Below, one piece after another: positions 25,711 through 40,680 of a DNA stretch of 64,000 nt; the stretch's first letter is position 1; each line of letters begins with the position of its first letter. This stretch comes from Felis catus (Eukaryota), in NCBI RefSeq assembly GCF_018350175.1, contig NC_058368.1:19160001-19224000 (forward strand). Direction: 5' to 3'. The position numbers were made by a program, and so were the translations under genes. The notes beneath the pieces are model-generated. The model was not told the origin of the DNA and made no database searches. It saw nothing but the letters and a program-made list of their open reading frames with translations.

Positions 25711-26610
25711 TGTCTTTGTGTGTGTGCTCCCTAATCCATCCATTAAATACAAGTCAGAAAATTATAAATTTGATAACATATTTGATGGTACGATGAGGAT
25801 CTAGAGACATGGGGAAAAGGGTATGTTCCTTAATTTAACCAGAACTGATGATTAAATCACTTGTGTTTGGGACCAGGATATTTGAAAAAATTTAAAATAG
25901 GCCCCATGATTTCTGTTTAGGATCTTGCTTTGGATGTGAAGTATGCACACATGGAGTAATTAGAGAGCAATTTGAAGCAGTGTGTGGACACAAGAAGGAG
26001 ATAAATCTCTATGCTGGGCATAAATGGACTGTGGAGACAAGAAAGCAACAGAGGGAAAGACAATCAGTTGTGCAGGAAACAAAGATTACTGAGGAGATTG
26101 AGAATATTGGAGAATGAAATATGAGCAAGAGCACAGAAATGGGAAATAGGTGATACATCAATGGGCCATTGGTAGGCATGTGTGCCATTAACATAGAAGG
26201 TCCAGAGAGGACCAGGCCTTGAGTTTTTTACCTCAAGATGCTCACAGCCAAGCAGGGGGAATAATATGCAAACCACTCATTATAGCATCAGTGGTTAGTG
26301 AGGATAGAAGGAAAGTAAAAACTTCTCTGGTGGAGGGAGTCTGGGAAGGCTTCTCGAGGGGGAGATAAAATTTGAAGAAGGAGACAGGGACTTTCAGGCT
26401 AAGAGAATACCAGATATAGTTGGATGGAAGGGAGATCTCTGGTGGGAAACAATCTTCCACGTACTTTGAAATCTAGTATCAATTATTTCTAAATTTATCA
26501 AAAGACCTACTACTTTATGAGACTTTGTTGCACAATAGCTTTGAGACTTCACATTTCAAGTATTTGTGAAAATTGCTAACAATTCATCAAGTATAATATA
26601 AAAATAATTT

Positions 26611-26815
26611 TGGGGCACCTAGGTGGCTCAGTCAGTTGAGTGTCTGACTTTAGCTCAGGTCATGATCTCGTGGTTCGTGGGTTTGAGCCCCATGTTGGGC
26701 TCTGTGCTGACAGCTCAGAGCCTGGGGCCTGCTTCAGATTCTGGGTCTCTCTCTCTCTCTCTCTGCCCCTCCCCTGCTAATGGTCTGTCTTTCTCTCTCT
26801 CTCTCAAACGTGAAT
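26611..26815 (+). mobile_element. CanSINE
   Basis: SINEC head and (CT)n. Confidence 0.9.
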
Positions 26816-26824
26816 AATTTTTTT

Positions 26825-29455
26825 TAATGTCCATACTAACCAAAGTAATCAATAGATTCAATGCAATTCCTATGAAAATACCAACAACATTTTTCACAGA
26901 ACTAGAGCAAACAATCCTAAAATTTGAATGGAACCACAAATGATCCTGAAGAGCCAAAGCGATCTTGAGAAAGAACAACAAAGCTGAAGATAGCACAATC
27001 TAAGATTTCAAAATATACTACAGAAGGAAACAATCAACAAAACTAAAAGGCAGCCTACAGAATGAGAGAAGATATTTGCAAAGAACATATCTGATAAAGG
27101 GCTGGTATCCAAAATCTATAAAGAATTTATCAAACTCAACATCCAAAAAACAAACAACCCAGTGAAGAAATGGGCAGAAGACATGAATAGACACTAATCC
27201 AAAGATGACATCCAGATGGCTAACAGACACATGAAAAGATGTTCAACATCACTCATCATCAGGGAAATACAAATCAAAACCACAATGAGGTATCACCTCA
27301 CACCTGTCAGAGTGGCTAAAATTAATAACTCAAGGAAACACCAAATGTTGGCAAGGATGCAAAGAAAGGGGAACCTTCTTGCACTGCTGGTAGGAATGCA
27401 AAATGGTGCAGCCACTCTGGGGAACAGTATGGAAGTTCCTCAAAAAATAAAAAATAGAACAAGCCTATGATCCAGAAATTGCACTATTAGGTATTTACCC
27501 AAAGGATACAAAAATGGATTTGAAGGAGTACATACACCCCAATGTTTATAGCAGCTTTATCAACAATAGCCAAACTATAGCAAGAGCCCAAATGTCCATC
27601 AACTGATGAATGGAAAAAGAAGATGCGGTATATGTATATATATATACAATGGAATACTACTCAGCCATCAAAAAACAACAATGAGATCTTTCTATGTGCA
27701 ATGATGTGGATGGAGCTAGAGTGTATTAGGCTAAGCAAATGAAGTCAGTCAGAAAAAGACAAATCTCATATAATTTCACTCATATGTGGAATTTAAGAAA
27801 CAAAACAGATGGACATATGGGAAGGGTGATAAAAAGAGAAGAGAAAGAAACTAAACCACACACTCAATGATAGAGAACAAACTGAGGGTCCATGGAGGGA
27901 GGTGGATGGGTGATGGGCATTAAGGAGGACACTTGTGATGAGCACTGGGTGTTGTATGTAAGTGATGAATCACTGAATTCTACTTCTGAAACCAATATTG
28001 TACTGTAAGATAATTAAATAACTAAAGTAAATAAATAAGAAGATAAATAAATAAGAAAAAAGCCAAAATATACTACAAAGCTGTAGTAATCAAGACACTA
28101 TGGTAATGGCACAAAAACAGACACATAAACCAATGTAGCACAATAGAGATCCCAGAAATAAATCCATACTTATAGGGTCAATTAATCTACAAGAAAGGAA
28201 TAATATGCAATAAGGAAAAGACCATCTCTTCAACAAATGGTGCTAGGAAAACTGGACAGCTACATGCAAAAGAATGAAACTGGACCACTTTCTTACACCA
28301 TTCACAAAAATAAACTCACAATGGGATTAAAGTCCTAAATTAAGACCTGAAACTACAAATATCCTAGAAGAGAACATAGACAATAATTTCTGTGACACTG
28401 GCCATAGCAACAATTTTCTATGTGCTCAGACAAGAGAAACAAAAGCAAAAATAAACTATTGGAACTGCACTAATGTAAAAGCCTTGTGCACAGCAAAGGA
28501 AACTATCAATAAGTCAAAAAAGCAACCTGTTGCATGGGAGAAACAAATGTTATGACTGATAAGGAGTTAATATCCAAAATATATAAAGAACTGATACAAC
28601 TCAACACCCAAAATAATGAATAATCCAACTTAAAAAGGGGCAGAAGACATGAATAGGTCTTCTTCAAAGAAGACATGCAAGTGGCCAAAAACACAGGAAA
28701 AGACACTCAAGGTCACTAACCATCAGGGAAGTGCAAAATAAAACCACAATGAGCTATCACTTTATACCTGTCGGAATGCCTAAAATACAAACGCCAGGAA
28801 ATAACATGTGTTGGTGAGAACATGGAGAAACAGGAACCCATGTGCACTGGTGGTAGTAATGCAAATTGGTGCAGCCACTGTGGAAAACAGTATGGAGTTC
28901 CCCCCAGAATTAAAAATAGAATTCCTATATGATCCAGTAATTCCACTATCAGTATTTACCCAAAGAAAATGAAAAGACTAATTTGAAAAGATATACATAT
29001 TCCTATGTTTACTACAACATTATTTACAATAGCCAAATTATGGAAGCAACACAGTGTCCACTGACAGATGCATGGATAAAGAAGATGTGGTGTATATATA
29101 CAATAGAATATTATTCAGCTATTAAAAAAGAATGCCATCTTGTCATCTACAACGACATGGAGGACCTGGAGGGTATAAATAAGTGGAAAAAGTCAGAGAG
29201 AAACAAACACCATATAATTTCCCTCTATGTGGAATTTAAGAAACAACACAAAGAAAAAAACAAACAAAAACCTGGACTCAAACACAAGAACTGGTGGTTG
29301 TCAGAGGGGAGGTTGGTGGGAATTTGAAACAGATAAAGGGAAGTAAGAGTACACTTATATTGATGAGCACTGAGAAACGTATAGAAGTATTGAATCGTTA
29401 TATTGTACACCAGACACGAACACTGTATGTTAATTATACTTGAAATAAAAAAGTA
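26825..29455 (+). mobile_element. L1 3' portion hosting a nested L1 3' fragment (~27023-28065, TSD aaaatatactaca)
   Basis: ORF2 C-terminal remnants occur twice; the host sequence resumes after the TSD. Confidence 0.87.
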
Positions 29456-29457
29456 AA

Positions 29458-29670
29458 GGGGCGCCAAGGTGGCTCAGTTGGTTAAGTGTCCAGCTCAACT
29501 CAGGTCATGATCTCACAGTTTACAGGTTTGAACCCCGTATCAGGCTCTGTGCTGACAGCTCAAAGCCTGGAGATACTTCAGATTTTGTGTGTGTCTCTCT
29601 CTGCCCCTCTCTCACTCGTGCTCTCTCTCTGTCTCTCAAAAATAAATAAATATTAATTTTTTTTTAAAAA
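29458..29670 (+). mobile_element. CanSINE
   Basis: SINEC head and tail. Confidence 0.9.
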
Positions 29671-30602
29671 ATAAAGAATTAATAACAATCTCAAACTCTT
29701 CCAAAAATAGGAGGAAATACTTTCAAACTATTTTAAGAGGCCAGCATTATCCTGATACCAAAGCCAGATAAGGACATCATAAGGAAAGAACTCCACAGGC
29801 CAATATTCTTCATGAATGTGGATGCAAATTTCCTCAGTAAAACATTTGCAAACTGAATAAACCAATATATTAAAAAGATCATACGCTGTGTCTAAATGGG
29901 ATTTATTCCAGGGATGCAAATATGGTTCACTATCGGCAAATCAATAAATGTAATACATTACATTAATAAAATGAAGGATAAAAAACATGATCATCTCAAA
30001 AGATGTAGATAAAGCATTTCACAAAACCCCTTTCCATGATTAAAAACTCTCAACAAACTGGATGTAAAGGGAATGTACCTCAACATAATAAAGTCCATTA
30101 ACACACAGCTAACATCATACTGAACAGTGAAATTATGAAAGCTTTTTTTTTCTAAGATCAGAAACAGGACAAGGGTGCCCACTGTCCCCACTTTTATTCT
30201 ACATTTCACCAAAAGTCCCAGTCAGAGAAATCAAGTAAGAAAAAGAAATAAGAGGCATCCAAACTGGAAAGGAAGTCCAACAGTATGTATTTGCAGATGA
30301 TATTATCTTATATAGAGACAATGCTAAAGAGTCCACCAAAAAACTGTTAGAACTAATGACCAATTTTATTGTTTGAATCAAAGTTGTAGGACACAAAATT
30401 AACATATAAAAATCAGTTGTGTTTCTGTAATACCAACAACAAACTATGGGGAGTAGAAATCAAGAAAAAATCTTATTTACACAAGGGTTAAAAGGAATTA
30501 GATACTTCATAAGTATAACCAATGAGGTGAAAGATCTGCACATTGAAAACTACAAGACACTGATGAAAGATGTTCAAGAAGACATAATTAAATGGAAAGA
30601 TA

Positions 30603-31749
30603 TGCTGAACATGGTGGAGAAGTAGGGGGACCTGAAGCTCCCTCGTCCCTCAAACACAGCAGTATTGAGGTGAGAAGACTTGGAATTCTAGGAATCCTGG
30701 CTACAGACTGACAGAAACATCTCCAGGGGCCCACGGGGACAATGTGATGGGCCCTAGGTGCATGATTGAAAACCGGGAGAGATAAAATGGGCAGCATAGG
30801 AATGGAGGGGAGGGATCTCCTTCTGTGAAGACAACAGAAAGAGGAGAGGCTGTGAAGTGTAGGATTACATTTGGACAAGAGAAAAACCACAGACTGGGAA
30901 ATGGAGAAAGAGCTAATTTCTCATTGTGAGGATTTCTCAGCCCTGTTTGTGTGCCTGGAAAGGAGGGGAGCCAGCCCCAGGCACGGTGGCTAGCTCCCAG
31001 GAGCAGTAGAAGAGAGCAATCCTCTCCCATGAGTGCTGTGAGAAGAAGGCAAATAACCATTCCAAGGACAAAAGACCCTGCAGGCACCCACTAGCCAGAG
31101 GCCCTTAGCTGGCTGGCAGAATGACAGTACCCTGGAACCAGGGTGCACGGAGCAGGATCCTTTAAGGCATCAGGATTTGAATCCCAGCAAAGCACCTGAG
31201 AGGCATGGGAGACTGTGGAGTGGAACAGAACTGGCCCACTCAGGCCACTGTGAAAATGGCCTGAACAGAGTGGTTTGGGACACCTAGCGTGGGGAGGAGA
31301 GACAGGGGTGTTGCCATTTTTTTTTACCCATCACCAACAAGGTGGGGTTTCAGGGAATGGACAATGGGCCCACAGTGGAGGTGGGACCACCTACCCCAAA
31401 CCATGCCCCTCTGTGCCTGGCAACTGCATATCTAACAGGCAAGATTGACACTGACAGAACCAGACAGCCCTTCCTCCAGACCAGCGCAGCCACCAGTTCC
31501 AAGTCACTATCAGATATCAGCCCAGTGGTTTTGCATTCTCTGATTTGATTCTTGGTCAATTCTTGTTTCATGTGTGTATATGCATATACACATATGTGTA
31601 TACACACACACACACACACACATTTTTTTTTCTTCTTTTTCTTCCTCTTATTTCTTCCCTTTTCTAGTCTGGTTGTTCTGGTTTTTGGTTTGTTTAAGCA
31701 GACTTTTTTAATCTATTGTTTTTACACCTCTTCTGTATCTCCTTCTTTA

Positions 31750-31788
<39 letters not shown>

Positions 31789-34700
31789 ACTAAGCTATAT
31801 AGCTTCTCTGATTTTCTGCCTGCTCAATTTTTTTTTCTTTTTCTTTTCCCTGCCTCTGTCATTTCTCTCTTTGTATGGGATAAGGCCTTTTCCATCACCT
31901 CCCCCATCTTATTTAAACTTTTCCATATATACTTCAATGAACAAATCAAAGCACACCTGGTGGAAGGTTCAAACCACCACTATGAGTAGGGAGATAAAGC
32001 AACCAGAGTCATAACAACAGCATGAAACACACTCCAAAAACACCTCCTAAAGAGCCAAGCCCTGAACAGCATATGATCCCTTTTTAATATAGTAGTGATC
32101 ACAGGTGCAGGACTCATAACAAGCTATTAAAACACATAAGGGACAGAAAACTAGCCAATATGATGAAATGGAAGAGTTCTCAAAAGAAATTCCAGGGATA
32201 AATGACAGCTAGAGAATTGCTCAAAACAGATATAAAAATATAACTGAGTGAGAATTTAGAATAACAGTCATAAGATTAATAGATGGGCTTGAAAAAAGCA
32301 CAGATGACAGCAGAGAATCTATTACTGCAGAGATCAAGGACCTAAGAAATAGTCACTACAAATTGAGAAATGTTGTAAATGAGGTGCAAGATAAACTAGA
32401 TGCAGTGACAGTAGGATGGAGGAGGCAGAGGGGAGATTAAGTGAAATAGAAGATAAAATTATGGAAAATGAAGCCGAGAAAGAGATAAGTAAATACTAGA
32501 CCATGAGGGGAGAATTAAAGAACTAAGTGATTCAATGAAATGTAATAATATCCGTATCACAGGAGTTCCAGAAGAAGAGAGAGAGAAAGGGACAGAAGGT
32601 CTACTTGAACAAATTATAGCTGAGAACTTCCCTAACCTGGAGAAGGATATGGCTATCCAAAGCCAGGAGGCACAGAGAACTCCCTTCAGATTTAACAGGA
32701 ATAGATCTTCTCCACGGGATATCATAGTGACACTGGCATAATACAGATAAAGAGAGAAATCTGAAAGCAGCTAGGGACAAGTGGGCCTTAACTTACAAAG
32801 GTAGACACATAAGGGTAGTGGCAGACCTATCCACTGAAACTTGGCAGGCCAGAAGGGAGTGGCAGAAAATATTCAATGTGCTGAATAGGAAAAATATGCA
32901 GCCAAGAATCCTTTATCCAGTAAGTCTATCATTCAGAATAGAAGGAGAGATAAAGGCTTTCCCAGACAAACAAAAACTGAAGGAGTTCATGACCACTAAC
33001 CCAGCCCTACAAAGAGATCCTAAGGGGAACTCTGTAAGTGGAATGCTATAAAGATTACAAAGGACCAGAAACATCACCACAAGCATGAAACCTACAGATA
33101 ACACAATGACACTAAATCCATATATTTCAGTAATAACTCTGAATGTAAATGGACTAAATGCCCCAAGCAAAAGACCTAGGTTATCAGAATGGATAAAAAA
33201 CCAGATCCATCTATATGCTGTCAACAAGAGACCCATTTTAGACCTGAGGACACCTTCAGATTTAGTGAGGGGATGGAGACCCCTTTATTATGCTATTGGA
33301 AATCAAAATAAAGCTGGTGTAGCCATACTTATATCAGACAAACTAGATTTTAAACTAAAGGCTGGAACAAGAGATGAAGAAGGGAATTATATCATAATTA
33401 TGGTATTGATCCATCAAGAAGAGCTAATAATTATAAATTTTATGCTCCCAACTTGGAGGCACCCAAATACATAAGTCAATTAATCACAAATATAAGCAAT
33501 CTTATCGATAAGAATAAATTAATTGCAGAGAAATTTAATACTCCACTTACAACAATGGACAGATCATCTAGGCAAAAATCAATAAAGAAACAATGGCCTT
33601 GAATGATACACTGGACCAGATGGACTTGACAGGTATTCAGAATTTTTCATCCAAAAGCAGAATACACATTCTTCTCAAGTGCACATGGAACATTCTCCAA
33701 GATAGATCACATGCTGAGTCACAAAAAGAGCCCTCAATTAATATAAAAGAATCGAGAGCATACCATGCATATTTTCTGATCACAACACTATGAAACTTGA
33801 AATCAACCACAAGAAAAAATTTGGAACTCCTCCAAATGCATGGAGGTTAAAGAACATCCAACTAAAGAATGAATGGGTCAACCAGGCAATTAAAGAAGAA
33901 ATTAAAAAATATATGGAAGCAAATAAAAATGAAAACATGACAGTTTAAACCCTTTGGGATGCAGCAAAGGCAGTCATAAGAGGAAAATACATTGCAATCC
34001 AGGCCTATCTCAAGAAACAAGAAAAATCCCAAATACAAAATCTAACAGCACACTTAAAGTACCTAGATGCAGAACAGCAAAGAAACCACAAAGTCAGCAG
34101 AAGAGAAATAATAGAGTAGAACAGAAATAAACAATATAGAATCCAAAAAAACAGTTGAACAGATGAGTCTAAGAGCTGGCTTTTTGAAAAAATAAAATTG
34201 ATAAACCCCTAGCCAGACTTCTCAAAAAGAGAGAGGACCCAAATGATAAAATCACGAATGAAAGAAGACAGATCACAACCAACACCACAAAAATACAAAC
34301 AATTATCAGAGAATACTATGAAAAATTATATGCTAACAAACTGGACAACTTGGAGGGAATGGACAAATTCCTAGACACCCACACACTACCAAAACTCAAA
34401 CAGAAAGAAATAGAAAATTTTAACAGACCCATACCAAGCAAAAAAATGGAATCCGTTATCAATAATCCCCCAACAAATAAGAGTCCTTGGCAAGATGGCT
34501 TCCAGAGAGATTCTACCAGACATTTAAAGCAGAGTTAATATCTATCTTTCTCAAGCTGTTCTATAAAATAAAAATGGAAGGAAAGCTTCCGGACTCATTC
34601 TATGAAGCCAGCATTACCTTGATTCCCACACCAGACAGAGACCCCACTAAAAAGCAGAATAACAGACCAATATCCCTGATGAATATGGATGCATTCTCAA

Positions 34701-37390
34701 CAAGATACTAGCAAATCAAATTCAATAATATATCAAAAGATTATTCACCATGATCAAGTGGGATTCATTCCTGGGCTGCAGGGCTGGTTCAATATTCGCA
34801 AATCAATCAATGTGATACATCACTTGAATGGAAGAAAGGGTAAGAACCATATGATCCTGTCAATAGATGCAGAGAAAGTATTTGACAAAATACAGCATCC
34901 TTTCTTAATAAAGACCCTCAAGAAAGTTGGGATAGAAGGAACATACCTCAACATCATAAAAGCCGTATATGAAAAGCCCACAGCTAATATCATCCTCAAC
35001 GGGGAAAAACTGAGAGCTTTCTGCCTGAGATCAGGAATACAGCTGGGATGTCCACTCTCACCACTGTTGTTTAACATAGTGTTGGAAGTCCTAGCATCAG
35101 TAATCAGACAACAAATGAAATAAAAGGCATTCCAATTGGCAAACAAGTCAACTTTCACTTTTCACAGATGACATAATACTCTAGATGGTAAATCAAAAGA
35201 CTCCACCAAAAAGCTACTAGAACTGATACATATAAATTCAGCAAAGTCACAGGATACAAAGTCGATGTACAGAAATCAGTTGCATTTCTATATACCAATA
35301 ATAAAACAACAGAAAGAGAAATCAAGAAATCAATCATATTTACAATTGCACCAAGAACCATAAAATACCTAGGAATAAACCTAACCAAAGATGTAAAGAT
35401 CTACATGCTGAAAACTACAGAAAACTTATGAAGGAAATTGAAGAAGACACAAAGAAATGTTAACAAATTCCATGCTCACAGATTGGAAGAACAAATATTG
35501 TTAAAATGTCAGTGCTACCCAAAGCAATCTACATATTCAATGCAATCCCAATCAAAATTGCACTGGCTTTCTTCTCAAAGCTAGAACAAACAATCCTAAA
35601 ATTTATATGGAACCACAAAAGACCCTGAATAGCCAAAGTTATGTTGAAAAAGAAAACCAAAGTGGGAGACATCACAATCCTGGACTTTAGCCTCTCTACA
35701 AGGCTCATCAGGACAGTATAATACTGGCACAAGAACAGACACAGACCAATGGAATAGAATAGAGAACCCAGAATTGGACCCACAAATGTATGGCCAACTA
35801 ATCTTTGACAAAGCAGGAAAGAGTATACAATGGAAAGAAGAGGCTTTTTTTTTTTAATGTTTATTCATTTTTGAGAAACAGAGAGAGACAGAGCATGAGC
35901 GGGAGAGGGGCAGAGAGAGAGGGAGACACAGAATCCGAAGCAGGCTCCAGGCTCTGAGCTGTCAGCACAGAGCCCGATGCAGGGCTTGAACTCAGACTGT
36001 GAGATCATGACCTGAGCTAAAGTCAGACGCTCAACCAACTGAGCCACCCAGGTGCCCTGAAAAGAGTCTCTTTAGCAAATCATGCTGGGAGAACTGGATA
36101 GCAACATGCATAAGAATGAAACTAGACTGCTTTCTTACACCACACACAAAAATAACTCAAAATGGATGCAAGACCTAAATGTGAGACAGGAAGCCATCAA
36201 AACCTTAGAAGAGAAAACAGGCAACAGTCTCTTTGACCTCAGCCACAATAATTTCTTGCTCAACACATCTCTAAAGGCAAGGGAAATGAAAGCAAAAATA
36301 AACTATTGGGACCTCATCAAGATAAAAACCTTCTGCACTGCAAAGGAAACAATCAACAAAACTAAAAGGCAACCAACAGAATGGGAACAGATATTTGTAA
36401 ATGACACATCAGATAAAAGATAGTATCCAAAATCTATAACAAACTTACCAAACCCAACACCCAAAAAGCAAACGACCCAGTGAAGAAATGGGCAGAAGAT
36501 ATGAATAGACACTTTTCCAAATAGGATCACCAGATGGCCAACAGACACATGAAAAGATGTTCAACACCAGTCATCATCAGGGAAATACAAATCAAAACCA
36601 CACTGAGATACCACCTCACACCAGTAAGAGTGACTAAAATTAACAATTCAGGAAACAACAGATGTTGGCAAGGATGTGAAGGAAATGGGAACCCTCTGGC
36701 ACTGTTGGTGGGAATGCAAACTGGTGTAGCCACTCTGGAAAGCAGTGTGGAGGTTCTTCAAAAAATTAAAAATAGAACTACCTTATGACCCAGAAATAAC
36801 TCTACAAGAACTTATCCAAAGGATATAGGAGTGCTGATTCATAGGCATACATGTACCCCCATGTTTATAGCAGTGCTTTCAACAATAGCCAATTTATGGA
36901 AAAAGCCCAAATGTCTATCAATTGATGAATGGATAAAGAAGATATGGTTTATATATACAATGAAATACTACTTAGCAATGAGAAAGAATGAAATCCTGTC
37001 ACTTGTAGCAACATAGATGGAACTGGAGGGTGTTATGCTAAATGAAATGTCAGTCAGAGAAAGACAGATATCATATCTTTTCACTCATAAGTGGAACTTG
37101 AGAAACTTAACAGAAGACCACGGGGGAAAGAAAGGGGAAAAAAATAGTTTCAAACAGAGAGTGAGACAAACCATAGGAGACTTTTAAATACAGAGAACAA
37201 ACTGAAGGTTGATGGTGGCGGGGAGGGAATCGGTGATGGTCATTGAGGAGTGCACTTGTTGGGATGAGCACTGGGCATTGTATGTAAGTGATGAATCATG
37301 GTAATATACCCCCAAACCAAGAGCACATGGTATACACCGTTAGCTAACTTGACAATAAATTATATATATTAAAAAAAATTTTATTAAAAC
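30603..37390 (+). mobile_element. Full-length but frame-disrupted carnivore L1, TSD aaagatat
   Basis: 5'UTR; ORF1 pieces (NNIRITGVPEEEREKG, ADLSTETWQARREW); EN, RT ([22 protein letters not shown]) and C-terminal pieces; 3'UTR. Confidence 0.93.
35845..36058 (-). mobile_element. CanSINE in L1 ORF2
   Basis: Reverse SINEC. Confidence 0.9.
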
Positions 37391-38162
37391 AAAAGATATC
37401 CTATGTCCATGGATTGGAATGATTAACACTGTTAAAAAGTCTACACTACTCAAAGCAATCTACAGATTCAATTCAATCTATCAAAATTCTGACAGCATTT
37501 TTCACAGAAATAGAAAAAAAAATCCAAAAATTTGCACAGAACTAAAGACTCCAAACAGCCAAAATAATCTTGAGGGGAAAAGAACAAAGTTAAAGAAGTC
37601 ATTCCTGATTTCAAACAATTTTACAAAGCTAGGGTAATCAAAACAGTATGGTGTTGGCATAAAAAACACATAGATCAATGGAACAGAATAGAGAGCCCAA
37701 AAATAAACTCATTATATATAGTCAAATTTCAGGAAAGGAGCCACAAAAACTTGTGTTGAGAAAACTCTATAGCCACATGTAAATGAATGAAACTGGACCC
37801 CCTATCTTATGCTATACACATAACTCAACTCAAAATAGATTAAAGACTTGAATACCTGAAACCATAAAACTTCTAGAAGAAAACATAGGAAGTAAGCACC
37901 TTGACATTGGTCCTGGCAGTAAGTTTTTGGACGACACTAAAAACAAAGACAACAAAAGCAAAACCAAACAAGTGGAACTACATCAAACTAAAAAACTTCT
38001 GTGCAGCAAAGAAAACCATCAAGAAAATGAAAATGCAACCCATGCAATAGAAGAAAATACTTGTAAACCACATAACACATAAAAGGTTTATATCCAAAAT
38101 ATTCAAGGGACTCATTCAACTCAATAGGAAAAACCCAAATAGCCTAATTAAAAAATAGGCAA

Positions 38163-38372
38163 GGGGTGCCTGGGTGGCTCAGTCGGTTAAGCATCTGACT
38201 TTGGCTCAGGTCATGATCTTGTAGTTCATGGGTTCTAGCCCCGCGTCAGGCTCTGTGCTGACAGCTCAGAGCCTGGAGCCTGCTTCAGATTCTGTGTCTC
38301 CCTCTCCCTCTGCCCCTCCCCTGCTCACATTCTGTCTCTCTCTCAAAAATAAATATTAAAAAATTTTTTTAA
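38163..38372 (+). mobile_element. CanSINE, TSD aaataggcaa
   Basis: SINEC head and tail. Confidence 0.9.
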
Positions 38373-38888
38373 ATAGGCAAAAGACTGAAATAAACATTTA
38401 TTCAAAGACCTACAAAAGGACAACAGGTACATAAAAAGGTGTTCAACATAATTAATCATCATAAAGGAAATGCAAATCAAAACCACAATGAGATCACATC
38501 ATACTTGTTTATCAAGAAGACTAGAGATAACAAATGCTGGTGAGGATACAGAGAAGAAGAAACCTTTGTACTGTTGGAATGTAAACTGGTACAACCACTA
38601 TGGAAAGCAGTATGGGGGTTCCTCAAAAAAATAAAAATAAAACCACAATATGATCCAGTAATCTCACTTCTGCGTATACCTCCAAAGGAAATGAAATTAT
38701 TATCTCACACAATTATACGTACTTCCATGTTCATTGAGACATTATTCAAAATAGCCAAGATATGAAAGCTTAACTCTTCACTGATACACAATGGACAAAG
38801 AAAATGTGGTATATACATAAATAAAAATGGAGCAATACTCAACCTTAAGGGAATTTTCACCATTTGTAATGACATGGATGAACCTGGA

Positions 38889-39428
38889 GTAAGGAGGCAA
38901 AAAGAATTACAAAGCCATAGGATGCTCACACCCAAGTTTGAGTAAACAAGATCAGGTAAATAAGTATAGAGGGGGCAGGGCCAAGTCCCCCAGGATAGAC
39001 AGGGAGGGGCAAAGGCCCCTGTGCAAAGGTATTAGGTATTCAGGGCAAAAATGTCTGGCAATTTACTACTGTAGCAGAAAGCTGCTTTTTCACTGGAAGG
39101 AAGGACCAAAATAGGGAAACAGGTAAATAGGGCTATAGACAGCTGTGGGTGAAGCTGCCCAGAGAGAGCTAATTAGCAAAAGAAAGGTGCCTTGTTAACC
39201 CTGAGGCCGCATGTTCTCTGTCTTATCCCCTGGGCTGGCTGAGATAAAGAGACCTGGAGCCTCCTGTTTGCAATTATCATCCAACTGCCCGGCGGGGCCA
39301 GGATTTTGGTTTACATTGACCCAAACCCCTAACACTGTCTCTCTTCAAAACCCCCTTTCCCTCCTGCCCATGAGTTAATGTTCACAGATTCATTGTCTCT
39401 TTGTGCACACCCATCACGTTTGCAAGTA
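38889..39428. mobile_element. Probable ERV LTR fragment interrupting the L1 3' end
   Basis: ~540 bp of more GC-rich non-L1 sequence with LTR-like composition between L1 pieces; family not identified. Confidence 0.5.
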
Positions 39429-39747
39429 AGATGAATTAGGGTGTGAGGACCTAATGTATAATTGGTGACTATAGTTGATAACACTATATTGTATAATTAA
39501 AATTTGCTAACAGAAGTTAAATGATCTCACACATAAAGTAAATATGTGAGGTGATGGCTAGGAATAATCCTTTCACAATGTATAGCAGATCATCATTTTG
39601 TACTTTTTAAATATCTTATATTTTTGTCAATTATACCTTCATAAAGGTGGAAAAAGGTTTTAAATGCATATGTAGTTTTATTAACTAGGAAATATATTCA
39701 TGATATGTCATTAAGTAATAAAGTTATTTTTTTTTTTAATGTGTGAT

Positions 39748-39935
39748 TGGGGCACCTGGGTGACTCAGTTGAGAGTCCGAATTGGGCTCAGGTCATAATC
39801 TCAGGGCTCGTGGGTTTGAGCCCTGTGTTGGGCTCTGTGCTGACAGCTCAGAGCCTGGAGCCTGTATCTCCTCTCTCTCTACTCCTCCACCCCCCCCCCT
39901 CAAAAATAAATAAAATGTTAAAAATATTTTAAAAG
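39748..39935 (+). mobile_element. CanSINE, TSD aatgtgtgatt
   Basis: SINEC head and tail. Confidence 0.88.
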
Positions 39936-40361
39936 AATGTGTGATTTAGTACCTAGAAACAAAAAATGTATATACCTAAAAAACTAGAAGGGTATGTATC
40001 AGAATAAGAATGACTATTTGTGGATGGACTTATTGCTTATATTTTCTGATTTTGCTATAATGAACTTGTGTTCTTTTGGTTGTTTTATTTTTAAGAGCAC
40101 CATTGCACTTATCTAAAACAGGCAAAAAGTAGCTTGCTGATAGGTATGGTATTGCCTGGTTCTCCTTTCAGAGAGACCTTAGAAGATAATGTTGCCTGGC
40201 AATTTTAAAATACAAAGTTGTAGCGCTTTATAGACATTCATTCGACAGTTTTCTGAGTGCTTCATGGCTCCAGATATGCCAGAGCAAAGAAGAAACAACC
40301 CCTGTGATCCCAGTTCAGGATGCAGGTGGCACCCACATGAGGAGACAGTTGTGTTTTGTTA

Positions 40362-40680
40362 GTTTTTAAAGACTTTACTTTTAAAACATTTTTATCTTAA
40401 CAGCAAAATTAAGAGGATGGTACAGAGATTTCCCATATGCCCCATCCCTGCATGTGCATTGCCTACTCTATTAGCAACATCGTCCACCAGAATAGTACAT
40501 TTGTTATCCACCGACATATTATAATCAATGTCCATAATTTCTAGTTCACTTTTGAGGCTGTACATCCTATAGGTATCGACAAATGTATAACGACATGGAT
40601 CCATCATTATAATATCATACAGAGTATTTTCACTGCCCTCAAAATCCTGTGTGCTTCTCCTATTTATCCTTACCCCCCTT
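40362..40680 (-). mobile_element. Ancient L1 (L1MC-like) 3' fragment
   Basis: acagcaaaatt..gtacagagatttcccatat..ccaccagaatagtacatttgtta motif. Confidence 0.65.

Larger units (their letters stand above)
29675..39655 (+). mobile_element. Old L1 ORF2/3' host element split by a full-length L1 and an LTR
   Basis: ORF2 breaks at ..aatggaaagatat (30600) and resumes at aaagatatcctatgtccatggattgg (37392); 3' end at 39430-39655. Confidence 0.8.

Noticed and set aside
30603..37390. Potentially active L1
   Set aside because: ORF1 and ORF2 are broken by many stops/frameshifts and a SINE
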